Assembly: GCA_001599295.1 (NCBI GenBank)
Contig: BCGN01000002.1
Coordinates: 2,046,001-2,110,000 of the forward strand
DNA: 64,000 bases
Source: Sporopachydermia quercuum
Taxonomy: Eukaryota
Reading direction: 5' to 3'
Positions within the stretch are counted from its first letter, which is position 1. Every line of letters starts with the position of its first letter. A program made the position numbers and the translations under genes. A model generated the notes under the pieces. The model had not been told where the DNA came from. It saw only the letters and a list, made by a program, of their open reading frames with translations, and did no database searches. Positions 35,566 to 44,499 of this stretch are shown piece after piece.

Positions 35566-36586
35566 ATAAATAGCAATAATGTCGTGAATACTNCTCCAAA
35601 TTGATAATTCAAGTATTCTTTGTTCTCCAATTAATCCTCACCTTGCTGTTGTATTTTCCTACTTGACTCATTTAATGTGATTGTGTTGATTGATTCACTT
35701 AGTTTCTTACGAAAGTCTCTGAAATGCCTCATAGAGATTCAAGCTGGTAGTAAAGGGCCCATAACTTTGTATGACTTACCAATTGCAGCTTTTGTTTTTG
35801 CTTTGACAAACAATGATAATAAAATTTTAGAAGCTAGCAAAAGAAGAGCTATCAAAATGCGTGGAATATGTCTGTAGAAATGAGATACAAGTATACAATA
35901 TAAGCATAAATACCATTTAATTATGACTTACAACTTAAACGATGCNCCATTGGCTCAGAATTATTACATCTTAATTATTTTAATCCAACTCTGCAGTCAC
36001 TAAGTTTATATTGAAGTATCGTAGACAGAATTGGCAGCTTAATGTTGATCAAGAGCTACAACAGGCATTAGCAATAAAGACGAAATGTAAACCATCAGAT
36101 ATATATGTTATGTCAACAATTCATATTGCACAACATTTGCAAAACTTTTTCTTGCCGAATCAGATTGATTGTATTAATTGTTATTATTATTATTTTATCT
36201 AATTTATGAATCTATGAATTGCTTTGGATATAGTAGTAGATAATGAGATAATAATCCAAAGAAACATCCATATCACCCTTTTTCAGTCATTCCAACCATT
36301 GTTCGAGTCCTCAGTGCCATATATAAAGCAGTCTTCGCAGAAATTTATGATCTTAAATTATCACCTATAGCTAATTAGCTATTGCAAAGCAATGGCAACG
36401 GCAAGTCCAGAAGTCTCAGGAGGTGAGCTTAGGTGTCAGAGTTGCCTTACCTGCACCAGCAGGTTCCAATAAGGGGAATCTGATGGACTTTGATGTTCGT
36501 GATAGTTGATGCTGGTTATGTTATTATTATATTATTATTCATCTCATTGCTATTGTATGCTCCTCTCATATCTCCCATTGTTATAA

Positions 36587-37579
36587 CTACCTCACTGCCT
36601 GACCACTACTAGCAGCATCCATACCACTAAACTTCCTTAATACTACTGAAATCCCCTCAGGAAAACACCTCATTAAAGGAAGAAATCTAACATAAAAAGG
36701 AATAGAAATACTCCCAGTGTATCCGAAATCGATCTCCCGTTCAATCCTATCAGCCAATGTCTGATGATCTACAATTGGAGCAATAAGCTCAGAAGGACTG
36801 CGAACATCTTCAAACATTTTGGTATCTAATTGGCCGGGAATTACTAGCATCGTTTTAATATTTGACGATTTGAGTTCGAATTTGATGCTTTCATGAGCAG
36901 CAATTATGGCAGCTTTTGAAGCTGAATAGAAAGGCAAATTGACTGGAGAAACAAAGCCTAGGGCAGAAGCCACATTTACAATGAATCCTCTCTGGCTTAG
37001 GATCATATTCGGGAGACAGAGTTGACTGAGCCACATTCCAGAAAGGAAATTTACCGCGAGGGATTTTTCCATTTCGGGAATCGAGGTTTCCGCAAATGGT
37101 TTTTTGATCCTGATTCCTGCGTTGTTTACGAGAATGGTGATTTTCCCTACTGTTTTCTCGATCTCCAATATCCGGTCCGAACATTCTTGGGGGCTACCCA
37201 CGTCGCATTTATAGAAAATCACGTTCTGGGGGATTCCAAGTCTTTGCTTTTCCTTGTCTGGTTCCGATTCCGGTTCCAAAACGTCTAGAATCACAACCGA
37301 TTTTACCCGAGAGCTAAGCTTGAGGGCTATAGCTCTTCCGAGCCCTCGGCTCCCACCAGTCACCACAGCAACATCCGAGGGTCTGATCCAATCCCGTTCC
37401 GTCCGATTCCACCACAGATCCAAATATAGAGCCATTTGAACCGTCAAAACGACTATAAGTAGGCTTCTGCGGCAAATAGCACCGCTGTTCGTGATACTAT
37501 AGAGCAATGCACATAAGGTAGCAATAAAAAAGGCAGGATTGAGAGACAATGTCAAATAATCGAAAGAAGGTTTCGCCAT
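36587..37579 (-). CDS. TDA5: Membrane-anchored short-chain dehydrogenase/reductase (Tda5/17beta-HSD11-like)
   Basis: N-terminal hydrophobic helices, TGGSRGLG, LVNNAG, VASALG, YSASK and PGQLDTKMF motifs. The symbol rests partly on synteny with TUS1/MAG2/CRN1. Confidence 0.8.
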   Translation of the reverse strand: MAKPSFDYLTLSLNPAFFIATLCALLYSITNSGAICRRSLLIVVLTVQMALYLDLWWNRTERDWIRPSDVAVVTGGSRGLGRAIALKLSSRVKSVVILDVLEPESEPDKEKQRLGIPQNVIFYKCDVGSPQECSDRILEIEKTVGKITILVNNAGIRIKKPFAETSIPEMEKSLAVNFLSGMWLSQLCLPNMILSQRGFIVNVASALGFVSPVNLPFYSASKAAIIAAHESIKFELKSSNIKTMLVIPGQLDTKMFEDVRSPSELIAPIVDHQTLADRIEREIDFGYTGSISIPFYVRFLPLMRCFPEGISVVLRKFSGMDAASSGQAVR

Positions 37580-37937
37580 TGTAACAAGGATCCGGGGGAT
37601 GTTTTTGGGAAGATGAAGCTGACGTCCACATTGATTCGATCTCAGAAGAAGAGCTCACAAGAAGAGATAGAAGCCGCGATGAGCCGAAAAGATATAGTTA
37701 GACTATTTNATGATTGAGTAAGCAAAAAATAAGTGTCCCATACTACGGGAGAGGGAGAAAAGACACCAAAAATATTAATAAAAAAAAGATTACGTGATAG
37801 GCTAAGTAAATTATTATATGATTACGTAATGTAATTATATGTTACAGATTACAAATAATGGTCAACAGAACTAACGGAACCAGAGGAACCAACGGACCGG
37901 AAACTCGCGGAGGAGATTTAATCTCGGTTCGAATCTA

Positions 37938-37986
37938 CGCAAAAGCTCGGCAACCTTGAACGTTNGAGATTTTCCGAGCTTTTGCG
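37938..37986. repeat. Hairpin: perfect 13-bp inverted repeat with a partly self-complementary 23-nt interior
   Basis: CGCAAAAGCTCGG ... CCGAGCTTTTGCG. Confidence 0.9.
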
Positions 37987-38620
37987 AAACTCACTGTTTA
38001 TACTTCTACTTGCCCTGTTTCATACACTAATTAACATAACAAGCTAATGCATTTGATTGCTCACTTAAAATACATATCTCCAATTGGTTCGTGTTGTCGT
38101 TTATACTTACTTCATTGGGTTTAGTGGTTTAATTGGAAGCAAATGCTCGGAAAGAATGAGTGTCAGCATCTAGTTTGGCTGATTCCTATTAGACAGAAGA
38201 ACAAAGGAACGTCGGAACAGCGGAACATCGGCAACGGAATAGTGGAATAGCACAACTTTCCGGAAGTTTTGCTTGAAGTTGCTCGGATATTCCTGAATTT
38301 AAGTAAAGTTCCGATATGATTTCCGATATAAACTGTATATTCTCTGTAATGATCTAATACCATCACAAAAGAGACAAACGATATCCGCGTTCTAGTGTAC
38401 ACCAAACGTTGTATTACGCCGCAGTCTGTTACTTCAGTAGATTTTCCATTAATTCTGACATTTTCTTTTCACCGAATAATTCCGTAGTCCAATACTTCCA
38501 GTGTATTCCTCTTTTTTTATCTAATTCTCTAATGAATAATCATATAATCAACAAACATACAAAACAACTGTCTCTATAGCTTACCCCTCATATCCCTCAT
38601 TNCCGGCATTATTATTCTAG

Positions 38621-41600
38621 TTATTCCTCCGCAGAACACCTATTTTGAACATCCAGTAGAACCAAAACTTGCCGATCCGGAACCTTCCGATGATCAAGTC
38701 CAAATAAAACTCTCCCGGGCTTGCGGTCGTAAACTTTGATTCTTCGGCCCAATACTGTAAAATCTTCAAACTCTTTCCGGTTGTTCCGTTTTCCTTTTAG
38801 CCATTCGTCAATTCCAAATAAAGGTTTTGTATTTCCGCTTGTTTTGGGATATCCGTCATTTGCTAATCGGATCACTTCTATAACCTTGTTGTTGACTATA
38901 ATTAAGTTTCCGGACTCGAAAATGACTTCTTCAGCTTCAATGGAGTAAACAATAGCGTTGGCTCGGCTAATTGAACCGGTCCGGTCAACAAAGACGGCTA
39001 AGCGATCATAAGCGAGAAGGAATTCTGGAGCGGTTGGAGTTCCGGTTATCCCCGCAGCTAACGGTTTGAATTCGGCTAATAATTTCTGAAGTTTGTTCAC
39101 TGAGTTCTTATTACCTAATCCGGTCATAGCTTGTCCTGAAAGGGTAACACGAGGAACCGGGATAGGAATAAAGTTACTTAGAGTTGCAAATTCAAAGCCG
39201 GAACTACCCAAATTTGCTATTCCATTCCCTAATATAAAAACTCCCCGTGATTCTCCTTCAAAAGCGGCAATTTCTCTGAAATGAGATACCATTTCGGGGA
39301 AAACTGGATCCAATATAGGAACAGTTGCATGCACTTTCGGATTAGGTTTCTTAGTATAGTACAAAAGTATATCTTGGTTATTGCTTAATTGCCCAGTTCG
39401 GAAAAATGTGACGTTATCGGTAATAAATCTCATGTCAATTGTGGCGGGTTGCCTATTTCGGTAAGCCTTAATGAAACTGTGAACGTCCCAAAACATTAAC
39501 CATTTATTTGATGATATCGTAATCGCCAAAATAATGTGGCTTTGCCCAATTTTCATTGTTTGCAGATGCCTAAAAGGGAAAGTCTGGCAAATAAACTTCC
39601 ATGCTGATTTCCCCATTTTTCCTTTAGCTTTATTACCTTTCCTAATTGTGAGACTTCTCATATAGAGCTTTCCCGATGGAACACTAACTATTACAAATTC
39701 GTCATTATCCTTCCTAAACGAGCAACCCGCTGAAATCGGCCCTTTCACAATCGATCTCTCCACTCCATTAGGTATCCGTAACAGGCTCTTTTCTTCACAA
39801 AACTGGACAACTCCGCTCGAGTCGGTAAAGAATTCCCCACATGAAACAGATAGCAACCTTATTGCCGACCCAAATTCTCGGCTGCGCCTCCCGAAAAAGT
39901 CCTGTTTAGCCGCGTCCAGAACACTCAGCCACTTCACATATTCCTCTTGGCTCCGGCAGAACAAATTAAGTACTTGGCCGTTAACTATAAGGTTCCGAAG
40001 AGTTATTATTTGGGTTCCGCTTTCCGCATCTGGTTTCCCGGTATTATTTCCTGTTTCAGTAATTTCTTCCTGTTTCCGTTGCACCAGCAAATGGCTTAAC
40101 GGAATAGGCATTTGTACCACTTTATATTTCCTAGTTTTAGTTTCCGGTTCAGTTATTAGCACATGAGAGTCTAATACTATAACAAATAACCGAGTGACCG
40201 TTCCGAAAGCACCTCTAATTCTTCCGTCGACGGGAGCGGCATGATAAAGTTTCCGAGAGGTGGAATTAGTGTTGCTTTTTAGGTTTAGCTCATAGCCATC
40301 TTTAAACGCCACTTTCTTAACTATTTCAGAATATTCCTGTTTGTCTGTGGCTCGGCCTTTGGCATCATTGATACCATTTAAAAGGGATTCCGTAGCGTCG
40401 ATTGCCCTCTCAAGGCTCATTTTTTCCTCCTTAGGACTTGTTCCCTTGGTACAAAGAGTTAAAAGGGTTTTAAGGGTGTTCAATATTTGGACAATATGGC
40501 TAATTGGCTCTAAGCGGAGTCTCGTAAACTCTACCCGAGTCTCCTGAACTTCGGGTAAAGTTTCAATTGAGCTAAGCCATTGGACGAATTCGACTGTGGA
40601 CTGCTGGTTTTGGTAATGTCTGATTGTGGCTTCGACAAAAGTTAGTTTCTCGGAATAGTTTGTAGCAGTTGATTTAACCTGTGGAGCAGCGGCGGCGAAA
40701 ATATCTCCTATTCCGGTAACCAAACACCCNTGTAGGTAAAAACGATATAATAATGGTTGCAAAAACTGAATCCGGTAACTGGTATTAACTAATTGAGCAG
40801 TTCCGAACATATAATCAATAAACAAATCTTGATAGGGAATAATATTTCCTTTCTGACGTAATGAGTTTCCTATTACGTCTACTAATATCCTCATTCGGTC
40901 ATTAAATTTCCATTCCCATCGAATAAGGTTGAAAATATGGTTTTGCTCCTCAACTTTATTTCGTCCCAGTGTGGCGCGTTTCTCCTCATTAAGGTTCCAG
41001 TATTCATGCCAATGGATCTCTTTTTGGAAAGCTTTGTGTATAGTGTTTTCTATGATGCGCCACACCTTTACTTGTTCTTCTTCCGGCAGACTATTGAATT
41101 GCTTAGTGGCGCAGCATCGTGGCGAATAACATTTGCCGATATGCATCCCGGTTTGGGTCTCAGTTGGGTAAATATGGCTTCTGCTACTGTAGCAACCACT
41201 ACCAGTTAAGGCAACTAAAACGCCCGATATGGAAGAGACGCCTGACAGAGAGTAGCGACAAGTTTTAACCCCAGATTCTTCCAAAATAAGTAATACTCTT
41301 CCTGCTTTCAGACGGTCGATTATATAATCAATATATTCAGACTTATTAAGGAAATGCGTTTTCCCTAAATGGTAATCCATTAAACTTTCAAATGTGGCTT
41401 TAAGTTGAGTCAAATCTACGCATCCGGTAATTCCTACCGAATTAGGTCCAAAAACAGTGTTGCCGAGCCACCTAGCCAGCTCGGAAAGACTCCAAATATG
41501 CCGAATGCTCCCTAAATCGAAATCTGCTGTGACTGACTGGTCATTATTACCCATTTCAGTAACTCCAGGCTCGGGAATTGCCGGCAAATCAATCAGCTTC

Positions 41601-43099
41601 GCAGAATTAGGTACATCTGGCGGTGGCTCAGTTGGTACTGGTGGCGGCGGCTTAGACAATATATTGGGGTTTATCTTTAATGCTCTATTGGGCGGTTTTC
41701 TGTTGAATGAGTGCTGCTTTTGGCTAACTGACCTATTCATTCCGACCGTGAGAAGATGTGGCTCAGCAATTGCCCCAACGGGAAATTGTGGCACCACAGG
41801 CTCACTACTAGAGTAGATCGGATGTGCCGAAGGTTCTGGTCTCGGCCCGATCGGCCCGGAGATACTTTTAGAAGTAGATAGAGAGGTCGGAGGAGTCAGA
41901 AGGACCGGAAGGGCCGGAGGCAGAACAAGACTGGGAACGGAATTAGGATTCGGAAGCGGAAGCGGAAATGGCGGGTCGTACTTTAGTGGAGACGGCGGAA
42001 ACCCTAAAACTGGCTCATAAATTTGTGCTGTGTTCCACTGTTGAGAAGGTGCATGGATGTCAGCATCAACAGTCTCTGCTGGTTGCTCTGGCATAAATTG
42101 TGCCGGAGTGTCGAAAGAAGACGAATTCGGCAGTGAGGAAGAGCCCGGATATCCTATTGAGGAAATAGAGCTATCAGGTTGCTCCCAATTGGGATATATC
42201 CGAGGCTCAACCGGACTAGGGGTTTCCTGTTCGAGCTTTGGTAATGGAGGAGGCAAAGACACCCTTTTACTCTTTGGGGAAGAACGTGGCAAATTATAGG
42301 CCTCAATATCCATATCCGGAATACCCATATCCGGAGCATTGAACACAATCGGATAATCTCTTTCAGAACTTGCCGAATACTGGTACAAGAAGTGTGGCTC
42401 TGGAGGCATTTCTGGCTGCAGTGGCTCAGTGAAAGGTGTGACGAAGTTCCTATTATTGACTTCTAAATGCTGAAAACGGGAAATTAGAAACTCTCTGTAA
42501 TCGGGATTACTATTATTGGTAATAACGTGGCTCGGCAGGTCATCAGCAGGCCACGTTGGCTCTGGTGAATCCGACAAACGTCTCGGTAGTGGCGGCAGCG
42601 GCGGCGGCGGAACTTCTCTCACTACCCCTCCTTCGGAACTGAAAAGCTCCATCGTGTTTATCGTATTCATCGTATACATCGGAAAACTTTCAGGCGGGGA
42701 ACGAGGGCCTCTTATTGGACTACTGTTTAGGTTGCTTTGCGTTTGAAGACCTGCCGCTGATGGCATATTATGGTACAATGAATAGTTAGGTAATGGCTCA
42801 GCCACATTGGTGGCATACGCCACAAAGGTTGAGTTTGGTTCCAGAGGCTCTTTCGGAGGCAAAGGAGGCCCATTTGAGTAGTTCTGTGAAGAGTCGTTGT
42901 TGATAGTATGAATATAGTCATTTGGTTGTTGGTAGCTTGGTAGTTGTGGTGGTAAAGGAGGATAAGGCTGCTGAGGCTGTAGAGACTGCTGAGGCACAAG
43001 ATTGCCGCTTTGAGGCAATCCGAAAGCCGGATCTACCCAATTGGGATGGTTATTTCCGTTTTCGTCATCATAATATCCTGGTTCAGTAGATGGATACAT
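38621..43099 (-). CDS. TUS1: Rho1 GEF with Pro-rich N-terminus and DH-PH-CNH domains (Tus1/Rgf3-like), 1492 aa
   Basis: CYS...CYSPRC motif, WHEYW, DH start QNHIFNLIRWE, PH LFVIVLDSHVLIT...PIPLSHL, and CNH EFLLAYDRLAVFVDRTG. Adjacent to a TDA5-like gene, as in S. cerevisiae. Confidence 0.8.
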   Translation of the reverse strand: MYPSTEPGYYDDENGNNHPNWVDPAFGLPQSGNLVPQQSLQPQQPYPPLPPQLPSYQQPNDYIHTINNDSSQNYSNGPPLPPKEPLEPNSTFVAYATNVAEPLPNYSLYHNMPSAAGLQTQSNLNSSPIRGPRSPPESFPMYTMNTINTMELFSSEGGVVREVPPPPLPPLPRRLSDSPEPTWPADDLPSHVITNNSNPDYREFLISRFQHLEVNNRNFVTPFTEPLQPEMPPEPHFLYQYSASSERDYPIVFNAPDMGIPDMDIEAYNLPRSSPKSKRVSLPPPLPKLEQETPSPVEPRIYPNWEQPDSSISSIGYPGSSSLPNSSSFDTPAQFMPEQPAETVDADIHAPSQQWNTAQIYEPVLGFPPSPLKYDPPFPLPLPNPNSVPSLVLPPALPVLLTPPTSLSTSKSISGPIGPRPEPSAHPIYSSSEPVVPQFPVGAIAEPHLLTVGMNRSVSQKQHSFNRKPPNRALKINPNILSKPPPPVPTEPPPDVPNSAKLIDLPAIPEPGVTEMGNNDQSVTADFDLGSIRHIWSLSELARWLGNTVFGPNSVGITGCVDLTQLKATFESLMDYHLGKTHFLNKSEYIDYIIDRLKAGRVLLILEESGVKTCRYSLSGVSSISGVLVALTGSGCYSSRSHIYPTETQTGMHIGKCYSPRCCATKQFNSLPEEEQVKVWRIIENTIHKAFQKEIHWHEYWNLNEEKRATLGRNKVEEQNHIFNLIRWEWKFNDRMRILVDVIGNSLRQKGNIIPYQDLFIDYMFGTAQLVNTSYRIQFLQPLLYRFYLXGCLVTGIGDIFAAAAPQVKSTATNYSEKLTFVEATIRHYQNQQSTVEFVQWLSSIETLPEVQETRVEFTRLRLEPISHIVQILNTLKTLLTLCTKGTSPKEEKMSLERAIDATESLLNGINDAKGRATDKQEYSEIVKKVAFKDGYELNLKSNTNSTSRKLYHAAPVDGRIRGAFGTVTRLFVIVLDSHVLITEPETKTRKYKVVQMPIPLSHLLVQRKQEEITETGNNTGKPDAESGTQIITLRNLIVNGQVLNLFCRSQEEYVKWLSVLDAAKQDFFGRRSREFGSAIRLLSVSCGEFFTDSSGVVQFCEEKSLLRIPNGVERSIVKGPISAGCSFRKDNDEFVIVSVPSGKLYMRSLTIRKGNKAKGKMGKSAWKFICQTFPFRHLQTMKIGQSHIILAITISSNKWLMFWDVHSFIKAYRNRQPATIDMRFITDNVTFFRTGQLSNNQDILLYYTKKPNPKVHATVPILDPVFPEMVSHFREIAAFEGESRGVFILGNGIANLGSSGFEFATLSNFIPIPVPRVTLSGQAMTGLGNKNSVNKLQKLLAEFKPLAAGITGTPTAPEFLLAYDRLAVFVDRTGSISRANAIVYSIEAEEVIFESGNLIIVNNKVIEVIRLANDGYPKTSGNTKPLFGIDEWLKGKRNNRKEFEDFTVLGRRIKVYDRKPGRVLFGLDHRKVPDRQVLVLLDVQNRCSAEE

Positions 43100-44068
43100 A
43101 ATAGGAAATGCAAAAGCTTAATTGAGCTAACTCTCTGCCTTCATCCTGCTGGGCATAGGCAGATATCTGTGGTTTGTATTCCGCAATGAGATGGAAAAGC
43201 AAACAGCTTCAAATTTGCTCTTTCAGCCAAAACTGTGGCAGTGAGCAGTAAGGTGCAACAAGCTGTCCTAGTCTAGTAAATTATGGCTTAGCAGTNTGTG
43301 GCTTAACAATCGTCAATTGGGGCTCTTATCGAGTACAAAATGATAAGACCCGATAGACCAACTGGAAGATAAGAAATATGCCAAGTAGAAGATCGCGGAG
43401 TAGTGAAAATCGTTGACACACGTTTGTTTTATTGCTATAACAAGTTTCCTCGTTAGAAAAAGCTATTAAACGAGCTAATTGAATATGTGAATAGACAGTT
43501 CTGAGGAGTTATCTCTACGAAGGGTTTGTTGTTTATAGTGAGTATTGATGATTCGGGGGAAATGTTGGATCTAGGTTTTATTTTGATTAGGTAATCAGGA
43601 TATAAAGATATGTGAGTTTGTGGTTGGTTATTCATGATTAGGTAGGTGATCAGGTATAATTGGTAAGACTACTGTTTGATATTATACGTTTCTATGCTGA
43701 AATTGACATTATTTGGGCTATTAATTTGATTGAATACTAATGTATTTACCGGCTACCTTGTTCCTGGGATCCTATTGCTGAAATTCCGTATCAAACTTTC
43801 TGTTGCTTTTCACATGATCTAGTACGGGATTTCCAGCTCTGTTTCCCGCTCTTCTCCTTCCTTCTGTTTGAGCTTCTACTTTGAAAACAAACCAGCAAGT
43901 TTACCAATATCGGCTTTATTTCCAAAAAGCCAGCCATTTAAAACATTTCAAGTAGGCTATTTACTTCCAAGTAACTCATTNCTCTCTCTATCTAATGCAA
44001 TATTCTGAATTGATCTCTTGTAAACCNCACTACCCATATTCCTTATTGGTCACGTAATCAAATAACTA

Positions 44069-44108
44069 TCTGCGCGCGTCAGTTTCGCGTTTCCCTGACG
44101 CGCGCAGA
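44069..44108. promoter_or_regulatory. Palindromic MCB/SCB-like cassette in the ORC1 promoter
   Basis: TCTGCGCGCGTCAG-tttcgcgtttcc-CTGACGCGCGCAGA: 14-bp perfect arms, each containing ACGCG, and a spacer containing CGCGAAA on the minus strand. About 400 bp upstream of ORC1. Confidence 0.7.
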
Positions 44109-44499
44109 ATCTCATTTTTCGCTCTTTCAGGGAAAAACTCATATAAGTGTGAATTAGTATGAGTTCATTTGGTTTATAATGAAGTAAATAATGGGAGAAT
44201 ATAAGGGAAACGAGGTTGAAAACGCTGCATGTTTTCAGATTGGGAAGTGGAANTAAACGTAGAAAGTAACTAGCTTCAATCAGGTCAGCTAAACAACAGT
44301 TGTATCAGTAGGAGAGTCAATTGAGTCGATGCATGAGAGACAGCTTGTGAGATTCTTACTATTTCATATAATCTGCCTGAATTGTGAGCTTATCGACAAG
44401 GATTTATGTCATTATTAGAGACTTCTGTCTAATTGACTATTTCCTCTTCCTATTTCTTTCATTAGATGACCTTCATACCTCCAAATTGCCTTTACAACA

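Noticed and set aside
37900..37960. tRNA gene around GGTTCGAATC
   Set aside because: The T-stem does not pair and no cloverleaf forms; kept only as an orphan B-box.
38103..38347. U1-like ATACTTACTT (plus strand) and U6-like ACAGAGA (minus strand)
   Set aside because: The U1 5' end is mismatched, and the conserved U6 AGC triad/ISL sequence does not follow.
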